Shown here: positions 15,411-28,023 of the stretch, in pieces
How the letters are laid out: each line of letters starts with the position of its first letter
Position numbering within the stretch: position 1 is the first letter of the stretch
NCBI RefSeq assembly: GCF_009914755.1
Contig: NC_060936.1
Direction: 5' to 3' (one strand)
Source: the human T2T-CHM13v2.0 reference genome, Homo sapiens
Length of the DNA: 64,000 nucleotides
The notes under the pieces: model-generated
Told to the model about the DNA's origin: nothing
Database searches by the model: none
Seen by the model: the letters and a program-made list of their open reading frames with translations, nothing else
Made by a program: the position numbers and the translations under genes

Positions 15411-16458
15411 GGTGATTTCTTTTCCTTTTTCTTCTTTTTTTTTTTAAGAGACAGGTTCCTTCTCTGTCACCCAGGCTTAAGTGCGATCATGGCTCATTGT
15501 ATCCTCAAACTCCTGGGCACACACAAACAGTCCTCCTGCCTCAGCCTCCCAAGTAGCTAGGACTACCGGTGCATGCTGCCAAGCCCAGATAATTTTTTTT
15601 ATTTTTTGGAGACACAGGTAGTCTCATTCTGGTTTCAGCTCTGGAAGGGGCGAAGAACAAGTCCCCAGAGCCCATCCTGTCCCTCGTGGATGACATACTG
15701 AGGGCTCAGGAAGACGCTCCCTCACAGCCTGCCCCAGTTTCCAGGCTGAGCCACCTGAGCAGCTGCTTCGGAAAGCCTCTTGTGCCATAGCCATGCTTAG
15801 GAAAAAGCATATCTTCCATTCAATTCACCAAGAAACACCAAGAAATAACTGGATACAAAGAATAAAAAATACTCTGCCACACTGGCAGGGCAGGAGGGTG
15901 AAAATTGTGCCCCCTCCAAAGGTAATGTCTATAAAAGGATAACTAAGGCCAGCGCCAAAGTCCACCTACAGAAGGCGGGTCTGTCTCAACCCCAGCTGTC
16001 AGTCACTGTGAACCTTTAGAACTGGGGCTGAAGCTTCTTCCAGTTGCTTGCTCAGATGTCAGTGAGACCGCTCCACAACAGATAAGGGGAGCTGTGTGTC
16101 AGGGAAGTCCCAGCCACTAGGACAAGCTGCACTCCAGGCAGCTGTTTCTGTTCTTGTGCAAAGAACAGCGCAATCCATTCAAGTTCACAGGGGCGGGTGG
16201 CACTTGAAAATGTCAGGGTCAACTTGCAGGGCAGAAGTTAGCAGGGAAGTCTTCCTGGGGGAGTGGGAGAGCCCAGCAGAGTTTAGGAGGAGAGAGGGGC
16301 GACATCGGGGCAATCCTCTGAGTCTCTCTTTCCTCCTCAGGAACTGTCCAGGAAGACCCTGCAGTCTCTCTGCAGGCTCATGGGAGCTCCCAGAACTGAG
16401 ACAACACACGGATCCAGGCCTGCTTCGAAGTCAGTGGGATGCGGCCCTTGAAAGTCGA

Positions 16459-16870
16459 TGTATTGGGTTCCTAGGGCTCTCGTGAAAACATGCCACACCT
16501 GGCTGGTTTTAAACAACAGGAGTTTATTCTGTCAGTTGAGAAGGCTACAAGTGCAAAATCAAGGTATTGATGGGATGAGTTCCAACTAGAGGCTGTGAGG
16601 CAGATCAACTCCATGGCTCTCTCCTGGCTTCTGCTGGTTTCTGGCAACCGTTCACTTCCCATGCCTGGTAGACACATCACTCTAACCTCTGCCTCCCTTT
16701 TTCATGGGCACATTCGCGCCTGTGTGTGTGTGTGTGTGTGGATGTGTGTGTTAAGGACAGCAATCATTAGACTAGATGGGGCCCACTCTAATCCACTGTG
16801 AGCTTCTCTTACTTTGGTAACATCTGCAAAGACCCTATTTCCAAACAAGGTCACATTCCATGTTCTGGGA
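16459..16870. mobile_element. MLT1-type MaLR LTR
   Basis: taaacaacaggagtttattct...ccctatttccaaacaaggtcacattc. Confidence 0.65.
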
Positions 16871-19409
16871 CTGTCTTCTGAGAGATGTCTCCCCCAGGAT
16901 CCTTCCAGGTGGAAGGATGCCCTTTGACCTGCAAAGCCAGGCAGAAAACCAGGATCAGGGCAGGACAAGAGGATGCTAGCCTGTGATGGCTCCCACTCAG
17001 GTGGGATGTGAGAAGTGCCTGTGGCCTGGGACAACCAACTTGCTCCCGTTACCTCATCTGAGATGGACTGCACAGTGTATGTCCAGGGCCCAACCCGGCA
17101 CACTGTGCCTTTGCAATGCTGTCTCTGTGCTTTGGAAATTCACTCAGCCCACTGCGTGGGGTGGTCTGAGGCGGGCCACAACCATTTCTCAACCATCCCT
17201 GAGTACCTGACCAGTATCCCTCGGGGGTGACGACGACCGCCTACATCTGGAGCATGAGGAGCGTGTTTACCTGGTGAGTAAGGATGCAAGCATAGGACGT
17301 CCTGGCCGATCCTCTGCACAAGCAATGCCTTTGCTCCAACGGGATGGGCAACGTTGGATTAGGCCTGAGGCAGATTTGATCTCGGAAGATACATTTGAGT
17401 CTATGTGTTTTGTGCATTTATTTTTGTTTCCTTGAATTAACATGGAGTCCATTTCAACTTTCACTTAGTCTCCTTTCTCTTCCCCCACTTCTTTCTCTCT
17501 CTCTCTTTCTTTGTATGTGGAAGAATTTTAACTCTGTGTTCCATAATGTCTAAATACTCAAATTTAGAGTTGACAGCCATACAGCAAATTATTCAAGTTG
17601 CTGTCAAAAAAAAAAATCCCTGCGTTTTCTAGGATTAAAACTGTGAATAGAGTACTGGAAAAAAAAAAGTCATAGACTCAGATGCAAAATGACAACATTT
17701 AATGGGATGATAAGGAAATAAGACTTGACAAGAAACCATAGCCCACTGCAGACTGTTCACGATGTCAGATGGTTCATGATTTTTTTCCAGGTTTGATACA
17801 GAAGAATCAGTTTGTTACAAGAAATGCTTCTCCAACTGGGATTTAAAACATCATTTAAACAATAAACACGTTTGTATGTATATATAAATAGATATTTAGA
17901 TATAAAAACATGCATATATAGGCACATAGACATGTACATACACACACATATGTACAAATATATATGCCTAAATTTTTACTGACCTGTCAACTTACAAAAC
18001 AAAAATGAGAGATTTATAAAAGGTACATATATAGCTGTGAATTCTTTAAAGCTATTTTTAAAGAAATTAATATAATCTTAATGATTATCAGATTACTCAT
18101 GCAGTACACAGCTACACAAGTCTAATGAAGTACCAGACACTTTTCTTTCTTCAACTATTGTCCTATCTTATTCAGGTTTTCATTTTCTTACTAGATGTGT
18201 TTTCAATGGTTTATGACGTAATAAAATTTCTTTACCTCTTCTAGTAATTGCTTTGTCTCACTCGGAAACTGAACTACTGTCGATGTTGTAAAAAGCTAGG
18301 GCATATTCTTCTGAAAAAATAAAGGGAACATGTATTTTTATTAAATAGATGATATAAGCACATTAGATCTAATCCTTCCAATAATTTTGAAATAGAGACA
18401 ATTACTTTCCCATTTTATACATCCAGAAATATGCTAATAATATTTAAGACACTTGATGAAATATATTCTATTAGTAAATGATAGAGACAGAATTCAAACA
18501 CTCCACAAACTTCACACAGCATTCAACAAGAAATAAATAGTACCAACCTTCCAGGGAACAGTTGTATGGTCTCTACAACATCTTTGTATATGTTTTAGAA
18601 ATTAATCTATCAAATTTTTAAGTTAGTTAGCATTTCAGAATATTCCCCACTCCTCTCTTTAAGTCAAAGTCCACAGAAGTAGCTTGGAACAGTCAGTCTT
18701 AGCATGAACAACAATGACAATAACAAAAAGACCTGGAAGCTTAGTGTGGCTTGTATTTCAAGTTCAAGTGGAGCCCTGTCAGGTTATATTGCAAGGATTC
18801 TGGTGTTGAAAAACTCTGGTAACTGGAAAATGGGTTCAGTCAGAAGACACATCATGGGATAAAGAAACCAGTATACAAAGTAATGCCATCTATTGTTTAC
18901 TCTGTGAAGACGGAGGTTGATTTTGGAAATTTAGTAGCTCAGGGAATATTAGATATAAATACCACATTCAATAACCTTAGGGCATGGCTGTTGCTTGCCT
19001 ACCTTTTTCATAGTAATCGTAGACCATGGCTGGGGCTGGCTGAATGTTGAACACAAGGTTGCTCTGCTCAACAGAAAAAGGGAAACTGTCTGCTCGACCA
19101 AAACCCTATCATGACACAAATTATAATTACATTGTAGCAGGTCTGAGAAAAGATAATCACTGAGAAAATTATCCGCAGAAGTTTATGATCTACATAATTA
19201 AATAGATCTAGGGTATGATTAACTTACACATTGGCAAAATAATGAGTTGTTAACCTTAAATCATATAAAATTTCAAGTTCCTTTGCTTACACTGAGGTGA
19301 GAGGAATTTAGCTGGAAGTCTTAGAGGAATGTAGGCATTTATGTGAGTGGTAACAATACACATAGAAAGGATGTCCCTAAAGCGCATGCCACAGTTTGGG
19401 GTTTCCTCA

Positions 19410-20095
19410 GTAGAATAAAAATAGAACTACCCTATGATCCAGCAATCCCATTTCTGGGTATGCATCCAAAGAAAATGAGATGAATATTTTGAAGAGACAG
19501 CTGCAGTCCCATGCTAATTCTTTCATTAATCACAATAGCCAACATAAGGAGTCAACCTAAGTGTTCGAAACAGATGAATGGATAATGAAACTGAGGCATA
19601 TCCACATACAAATTATTCGGCCTTAAAAAAAAAGAATTTCTGCCATTTGTAACAACACTGAAGAACTTGGAGGACATTATGTGGAATGAAACAAACCAGA
19701 TACACACAAAAAACACTGCAGGATCTCACCTGTAAGTTAAATCTAAAGTTGAGTTCATAGATGCAGAGAGTAGAATGGCAGTTATCAGGGATGGGAAAAT
19801 GGGGAGATGCTGGTCAAAGGATAGAAAGCTTCAGCTGTGCAGGATGAATACATTCTACAAATCTCGGGTACAGCGGTGGCCTACAGTTAACAATGCTGTA
19901 CTGTATATGTAATATTCCCTAAGGGAGTAGATCTTAAGTGCTTTGTCACAAAAAAAGAAGAGGTAACTGTGTGAAGAGAGGGATGTGTTAGTCAGCTAAT
20001 TCACATATAGTCACGCTAGATGATAACAATCAGCTCACTATATATATCAAAACGTCACACCACATACCTTCAGTACGCAATTGTAATTTCAAAAA
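19410..20095 (+). mobile_element. L1MA-type 3' end in an OVOS intron
   Basis: aaaatagaactaccctatgatccagcaatccca...acagatgaatggataa...gagtagatcttaagtg. Confidence 0.8.
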
Positions 20096-21442
20096 ATTAT
20101 GGCAAACATTGTAAGAGTTTAGTCAAATTATAAAATAATTACATATCTACTCTGTGACCAGACTGTGTTTGATAGGGAGATGATGTTTCTAAAATGGAAA
20201 GCTATCTAGTCACATAGCCAGGGCATATATGAAATAGCCTTGGAACTAGCAAGGAGAAGATGATCAGTGGGATAAAACACTGGTAATCCTTAACGTCCCT
20301 TATTTTTTCCTTTTACAGATCCTATCATACATATCTATAAGAAATTGAAGCATCCAATTATCCTTGGAAGGAAAAAAGAAAAACTTTAAAGAAAAAAAAA
20401 TATGGCTAAACTTACATTTTCCAAGTAGAAAAGAACATGGTCATTCTTGACTTCAGTCTTCATCACTTGGCCCTTGTTTTCAAGCTTTGAAGAAATTGTT
20501 AGGGAAGGATAGAGAATAGATTTTAGAACAAATGACAGCGCCACTGCAGAACTCAATGTCCACTCTTTTCTACGTCACGTTCTGTTTTATGGAACATTCC
20601 TCGGTGCCGTGATGTTTTCATAAACACAGGTAGCAACTAAAGAAAAATATATGATGAACCATGGGAAATACTGACTGCTAATTGGTACAAATTAAGTAAA
20701 CCAGCTCTCCAGTGTTAGCGCAAAAATACAAAGGTGAATGTTGAAGAAGAACTCTATAGTTTTGTTTTGCTAAACTATGGCTGAACAAGTATTTATTTTA
20801 TCTTTATACTCTATGTAGCTGTCTTTGTGCTGAAAGATTAGGCTTCTATTATTTACCTCTTCAATGGATGACATGGTTGGAGTAAATCCTGATAGCATTT
20901 TTACATCTATAACCACCATACTGGATTTATTGCGAATTCCAGTGTATCTGAAAATTTTAAGAAAACACTCGTTTAGATATCAATTTTAAAAAGTGACTTA
21001 TCTCATAATGAGAGTGCCAGGTGGATAAATACTAATTGGCTAGAAATCTGGAGGACAGGTAAAAGCTGAAGAGAAAACATCGGAAGAAAGTCATTTTCAA
21101 GCATCTGTGAATAGGCACGACCAGAATGATAATGAAAGAGATGATACATAGCAACAGAAATTGGAGCAAATAATGAATTATCTGGACATGAAATCTTCCC
21201 CAAACCCTGCTTTTAAGCTTACCTGCAGTCTCAAAGTTTGAACTGATAAACAGAGCTTCTAAATCTTTTACATATACTTAGGTTAGTGTTAGAGTTGCAT
21301 AACACTTAGAGGACATCTTTGCTTAAAAGGTGGTATATGAGCATAATTAGAGAGTAGATGTGTCCCCAGGAGAACTTCTAGCTCAGTTTCCTGCTTCTGG
21401 ATAAGACTATGGGGGTGTGAAGTTGAGAGTTCCATAGTTCAT

Positions 21443-21752
21443 CAGGGCATGGTTGCTCACACCTGTAATCCCAGCACTTCTGGAGGCCAAGGTGGGTGGA
21501 TCACTTGAGGGTCAGAGTTCAAGACCAGCCTGGCCAATATGGCAAAACTCTGACTCTACTAAAAATAGAAAAATTAGCCAGGTGTGGTGGTGCACGCCTC
21601 TAATCCCAGCTACTCAGGAGGCTGAGCCATAAGAATCCCTTGAACCCAGGAGGTGGAAGTTGCAGTGAGCTGAGATTGTGCCACTGTGCCACTGTACTGC
21701 AGCCTGGGTGACAAAGTAAGACTCTGTCTCAAAAACAAACCCAAAAAAGAAA
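21443..21752 (+). mobile_element. Alu in OVOS intron
   Basis: Full dimer with A-rich tail. Confidence 0.9.
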
Positions 21753-23406
21753 AAGAGTTCCCCAATTCACTGAGTTCTTAGCCCTGGAGCTCAAGCGATT
21801 TTTATTTAGAAATTCTAAAAAATATCTCCCAAACTAATTTTACTCAATGTTTTCCACATATTAACTAAGGCTAAAAGCCTTTAGCATCTATAAATCATGC
21901 TTGAATTCAAGAGGATCATTTTGTTTTTCTATTCTGAAAAGTAAAAATCTAAAATGTTACTCTTTACAGTTACAAAAGAAACATTTGTGGGCTTGCTACT
22001 ATATGACCATGCATGCTTGTCTTGAGAAAGAAATATAGAATCTCTGTTTTTCAAAACTAGGAGTACTTCCATACAACAGAATAAAAAGTATCATTGAAAC
22101 ATCAGTGCAGTGAAAGCTTTCAAATCCTGCTCACATAGACTGCATGTTTTCTTGCCTCATTTTAGCTCTGATTTAGCTGAAGATGTACTAAATTGTGGTG
22201 TCCGGACAGAGGGCTAAAAAGTGACTGTGCTGTAGAATTGTCACCACCAACATGAGAACTCATCATATTACCATGATTTATATTTTGTTATTTCACTACT
22301 GTTTGAACTTTTAAAATATTTTACCATCTTGTTCACATGGGAGTTACTGTCAAAATATGACACTTACTTGAGGGTCACTGTGAGGTCAAAAGCAGTCGAA
22401 GAGTAGTTCTTTACTATTTCCAAGGAAAGAGAAAATCCAGATGCCTTCTTAGGTAGGAGAACATTGTACTTAAGGGTGGCCTAGAAAGGATAGCAAATTA
22501 TAAGAAAACCCATCCTGTATTAAGAATTATACAGTCTGACTAGAGTCAGTAGTAATGTGATTTTACATTTTAAAATAACCAAGAGTATACTTCGATCATT
22601 GGTAACACAATGGATAAATGCTTGAGGTGAGCATACCCCACTTGCCCTGATGTGATTCTTACACGTTGCATGCCTGTATCATGCACCCGGTAAATATTTA
22701 CACCTACTATGTACCCACAAAAATTAAAACATTTTTAAAAAGAAAGAGCCTATTGTTTATTTCTATTACTAATGCAGTTTACATCTTTATCATCAGGGAA
22801 TCAGGTTAAATTCTTTAGTTTTCAGAATAATGTAATTTAATGAAGATAGAATACTTTCTAATAGCAATATTCCTCAAGAAACTTCTCTTAGACAGCTGAG
22901 TAGCTTTTCAAAAAGTAACTTGCAATTTTGGCTATTGATTATGTAAATACACAAAACGGTCAAATAACACTTCACGTAGAACTGAACAGACAGTCTGACT
23001 CTTTTACTGGCAAACACTCATCACCCTCTTAGGCAGATTTCTGTTACCTGGATAAATGTACAACCGTGTCCTTCCACATCTACTGTGTATTGTCCAGGTG
23101 CCTGTGTTACTTCTGAACGTTGGACCAGTAGGCGGTTATGACCGTTAACCTGGAAAATCTCACTGGATCCTTCACTGCTAAAGGTGACAGTGTTTTGATC
23201 CTTAGAGAAGAGCCCCTCTTCCCCCCCCTGGCTCTTAGGATCCCCATCGCAGGGCGGGGAGGCACCCACCGCGAGGCGGAGACTGAGAGCCAGCCCCTCT
23301 TCCCCCTCTGGCTCTTAGGATCCCCATCGTAAGGGGGGAAGACACCGCCCGCGAGCTGCTGACTGAGAGCCAGCCCCTCTTCCCCCCCTGGCTGAGGACC
23401 CCCACC

Positions 23407-23578
23407 GCGGATTCTAAGATCCTTAGCACCCACCTGGAGGACTGTGGGTTTTAGGTGTCCAAGAAGAAAGCTCAGATCTGCCGACGGCAGGTGCCTTACT
23501 TGGGATTTACTATCCGACAGGGGTCTGAACGCAGCTCGGGATCAGAAAAAAAGCAGGTCATTTGCAATGTACCGGAAC
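23407..23578 (+). mobile_element. Duplicated ~170-bp HERV pol fragment (copy 1) inside the satellite
   Basis: SKKKAQICRRQVPYLGFTIRQG; near-identical to the 27023 and 28024 copies. Confidence 0.9.
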
Positions 23579-24643
23579 CAGCCCCTCTTCCCCCCCTTGC
23601 TCTTAGGACACCCATCGCAGCGGGGCAGGCACACACCGCGAGGAGGGAACTGAGAGCCAGCCCCTCCCACCCCCGGCTCTTAGGACTCCCATTGCGGTGG
23701 GGGAGGCAAACCCGCGAGGCGGGGACTCAGAACCAGCCCCTCTTCCCCCACTGGCTCTTGGGACACCCTTCGCAAGGGGGGGAGGCACCCTCCGCAAGCT
23801 GCTGACTGAGAGCCAGCCCCTCTCCCCCACCCGGCTCTTCGGACCCCCATCGCAGTGGGAGGAGGTACACACCGCGAGGCGGGGACTGAGAGCCAGCCCC
23901 TCTTCCCCCACTGGCTTTTGGGACCCCCATTCCGGGGGGGAGGCACCCCCCGCGAGGCGGGGACTGAGAGCCAGCCCGTCTTCGCCCCCTGACTCTTAGG
24001 ACAGCCATCGCAGTGGAGGGAGGCACCCCCAGCGAGGCGGGGACTGAGAGCCAGCCCCTCTTCTCCCCTGGCTCTTAGGACCCCCATCGCAGTGAGGGAA
24101 TGCACCCCCCGCGAGGCAGAGACTGAGAGAAAGCCCCTCTTTCCCCCCTGGCTCTTAGGACCCCCATCGCAGTGGGAGGATGCACCACCCGTGAGGCGCG
24201 GCTCAGAGCCAGGCCCTCTTCCCCACCTGGCTCTTCGGACCCCCATCGCAGGTGGGGGAGGCACACCTCGCGAGGCGGGGACTGAGAGCCAGCCCCACTT
24301 CCACCCCTGGCTTTTAGGACCCCCGTCACAGGTGGGGGAGGCACCCCCAGCGAGGCGGGGACTGAGAGCCTGCCCCTCTTCCCCCCTCCAGGCTCTTCGG
24401 ACCCCCATCGCAGTGTGGGGAGGCACCCCCTGTGAGGCGGGGACTGAGAGCCAGCCGCTCTTTCCCCCTGGCTCTTAAGACCCCCATTGCAGGGGGGAAC
24501 ACACCCCCCGCGAGGCGGGGACTGAGAGCCAGCCCCTCTTGCCCCCCAGGCTCTTGGGACCCCCATCGCAGGGGGGAGGAGGCACCCCCCGCGAGGTGGG
24601 GACTGAGAGCCAGCCCCTCTCCCCCACGCGGCTCTTCGGACCC

Positions 24644-24880
24644 GCATCGCAAGGGGGGGAGGCATCGCAAGGGGGGGAGGCATCGCAAGGGGGGGAGGCA
24701 TCGCAAGGGGGGGAGGCATCGCAAGGGGGGGAGGCATCGCAAGGGGGGGAGGCATCGCAAGGGGGGGAGGCATCGCAAGGGGGGGAGGCATCGCAAGGGG
24801 GGGAGGCATCGCAAGGGGGGGAGGCATCGCAAGGGGGGGAGGCATCGCAAGGGGGGGAGGCATCGCAAGGGGGGGAGGCA
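24644..24880. repeat. Perfect 18-bp sub-array (GCATCGCAAGGGGGGGAG) x13
   Basis: Read directly; gives the MPPPLA / RHRKGG / EASQGG 6-aa periodicity. Confidence 0.95.
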
Positions 24881-25599
24881 CCCCATGCGAGGCGGGGACT
24901 GAGAACCAGCCCCTCTACCCCCCGTGGCTCTTAGGAGCCCGATCGCGGGTGAGGGAAGCACCCCCCGCGAGGCGGGGACTGAGAGCAAGCCCCTTTTCCC
25001 CCCCTGGCTCTTAGAACAACCAACGCAGAGGGGGGAGGCACCCGCTGTGAGGCATGAACTGAGAGCCAGACCCACTTCCCCCCAGCTCTTGGGATCCCCA
25101 TCACAGGGGGGGAGGCACCCCACATGAGGCGGGGACTGAGAGACAGCCCCTCTGCCCCTCCTGGCTATTAGGACCCCCGTCGCACGGGGGAGGGACCCCC
25201 CCATCGCACGGGGGGGAGGGACCCCCATCGCACGGGGGGGAGGGACCCCCCATCGCACGGGGGGGAGGGACCCCCCATCGCACGGGGGAGAGACACCCCC
25301 CGCGAGGCAGGGACGGAGAGCCTGCCGCTCTTCCCCCCGTGGCTCATAGGACCCCCATCGCAGGCGCTTGGCACCCCACGCGAGGCGGGTACTGAGAGCC
25401 AGCTCCTCTTCACCCCAGGTCTCTTAGGACTACCATCACAGGGGGGAAGAGGTACCCCATGCAAGGCGGGGACTGAGAGCCAGCCCCTCTTCACCTCTCG
25501 CTCTTAGGCCCCCATCGCGGGGGGGGAGGCACCCCATGCGAGGCGGGGATTGAGAGCCAGCCCCACTTCCCCCCTGACTCTTGGGACCACCATCGCAGT

Positions 25600-26345
25600 G
25601 GGGGCAGGTACACACCGCGAGGCGGGGGGGGGGGGGGGCAGGTACACACCGCGAGGCGGGGGGGGGGGGGGCAGGTACACACCGCGAGGCGGGGGGGGGG
25701 GCAGGTACACACCGCGAGGCGGGGGGGGGGCAGGTACACACCGCGAGGCGGGGGGGGGGGCAGGTACACACCGCGAGGCGGGGGGGGGCAGGTACACACC
25801 GCGAGGCGGGGGGGGGCAGGTACACACCGCGAGGCGGGGGGGGGGGGGCAGGTACACACCGCGAGGCGGGGGGGGGGGGCAGGTACACACCGCGAGGCGG
25901 GGGGGGGGGGGCAGGTACACACCGCGAGGCGGGGGGGGGGGGGGCAGGTACACACCGCGAGGCGGGGGGGGGGGGGCAGGTACACACCGCGAGGCGGGGG
26001 GGGGGGGGGCAGGTACACACCGCGAGGCGGGGGGGGGGGGGGCAGGTACACACCGCGAGGCGGGGGGGGGGGGGCAGGTACACACCGCGAGGCGGGGGGG
26101 GGGGGGGCAGGTACACACCGCGAGGCGGGGGGGGGGCAGGTACACACCGCGAGGCGGGGGGGGGGGGGCAGGTACACACCGCGAGGCGGGGGGGGGGGCA
26201 GGTACACACCGCGAGGCGGGGGGGGGGGGGCAGGTACACACCGCGAGGCGGGGGGGGGGGGGCAGGTACACACCGCGAGGCGGGGGGGGGGGCAGGTACA
26301 CACCGCGAGGCGGGGGGGGGGGGCAGGTACACACCGCGAGGCGGG
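25600..26345. repeat. ~30-bp sub-array CAGGTACACACCGCGAGGC(G)n, about 25 copies with variable poly-G tracts
   Basis: Read directly. Confidence 0.95.
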
Positions 26346-27022
26346 GACAGAGTGTCAGCCCCTCTTCCCCCACTGGCTTTTGGGACCCCCATCGCGATGG
26401 GGGGAGGCACCCCCAGCGAGGCGGGGACTGACAGCCAGCAACTCTTCTGCCCCGGGCTCTTGGGACCCCCATCGCAGGGGCGGGAGGCACCCCCCGCGAG
26501 CCAGGTTCTGAGAGCCAGCCCCTCTTCCCCTCTGGCTCTTAGAACCCCCATCGCAGTGGAGGGATGCACCCCCCGCGAGGCAGAGACTGAGAGAAAGCCC
26601 CTCTTTCCCCCTGGCTCTTGGGACCCCCATCGCAGGCGGGGGAGGCACCCCCCGCGAGGCGGGGACTGAGAGGCAGCCCCTCTTCCCCACCTGGCTCTTA
26701 GGTCCCCCATCGCGGGAGGGAAGCACCCCCCACGGGGCGGGGACTGAGAGCCAGCGCCTTTCCCCCCGGGGCTATTAGGACCCCCATCGCAGGAGGGTGA
26801 GACACACCCCAGAAGGCTGGGACTGAGAGCCAGCCCCTCTCCCCCCGCTGGCTATTAAGACACCCAACGCAGGGGGTGAGGCACCCCCTACGAGGCTGGG
26901 ACTGAGAGCCAGCCCCTCTTTCAACCTGGCTCTTAGGACCCCCATGGCAGGGGGGGAGGCATCCCCCACGAGGCGGGGACTGAGAGCCAGCCCCTCTTCC
27001 CCCTCTGGCTGAGGACCCCCAC

Positions 27023-27194
27023 CGCGGATTCTAAGATCCTTAGCACCCACCTGGAGGACTGTGGGTTTTAGGTGTCCAAGAAGAAAGCTCAGATCTTCCA
27101 GCAGAAGGTACCTTACTTGGGATTTACTATCCGACAGGGGTCTGAACGCAGCTCGGGATCAGAAAAAAAGCAGGTCATTTGCAATGTACCGGAG
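27023..27194 (+). mobile_element. Duplicated ~170-bp HERV pol fragment (copy 2) inside the satellite
   Basis: SKKKAQIFQQKVPYLGFTIRQG. Confidence 0.9.
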
Positions 27195-28023
27195 CCAGCC
27201 CCTCTTCCCCTCTGGCTCTTAGGACACCCATTGCTGGTGAGGGAGGCACCCCCCGCGAGGCAGGGACTGAGAGCCAGCCTCTCTTCCTCCCCTGGCTCTT
27301 AGGACCCCCATTGCGGGGGGGGGGAGGCACCCCACACGAGGCGGGGACTGAGAGCCAGCCCCTCTGCGCCCCCTGGCTATTAGGACCCCCATCACAGCGG
27401 GGAGAGGCACCCCCCGCGAGGCAGGGACGGAGAGCCTGCCCCTCTTCCCCCCGTGGCTCTTAGGACCCCCATCGCAGGCGCTTGGCACCCCACGCGAGGC
27501 AGGTACTGAGAGCCAGCTCCTCTTCCCCCCCGTGTCTTAGGACAGCCATCGCAGCGGGGGAGGTACCCCCCGTGAGGCAGGGACTGAGAGCCAGCCCCTC
27601 TTCACCTCTCGCTCTTCGGCCCCCATCGCAGGGAGGAGGAGGCACCCCATGCGAGGCGGGGACTGAGAGCCAGCCCCACTTCCCCCCTGGCTCTTGGGAC
27701 CACCATCGCAGTGGGGGGAGGTACACACCACGAGGCGGGGACGGAGAGTCAGCCCCTCTTCCCCCACTGGCTTTTGGGACACCCATCCCGGGGGGGAGGC
27801 CCCCCCCCCGCGAGGCGGGGACTGAGAGCCAGCCCGTCTTCGCCCCCTGACTCTTAGGACCCCCATCGCAGTGGGGGGATGCACCCCCCGCGAGGCAGAG
27901 ACTGAGAGAAAGCCCCTCTTTCCCCCCTGGCTCTTAGGACCCCCATCGCAGGCGGGGGAGGCACCCCCCGTGAGGCACGGACTGAGAGCCAGCCCCTCTT
28001 CCCCCACTGGCTAAGACCCCCAT

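Larger units (their letters stand above)
18236..23212 (-). pseudogene. 5'-truncated ovostatin (OVOS)/alpha-2-macroglobulin-family gene, last six coding exons including the receptor-binding domain
   Basis: Exons 23048-~23212 (FSKDQNTV..GHGCTFIQ), 22368-22480 (ATLKYNVLLP..TVTL), 20857-20947 (YTGIRNKSSMVVIDVKMLSGF..), 20416-20484 (LENKGQV..LFYLEN), 19003-19105 (GFGRADSF..PAPAMVYDYYEK), 18236-18310 (EEYALAFY..VSE*); GT-AG and phase-consistent. Confidence 0.88.
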
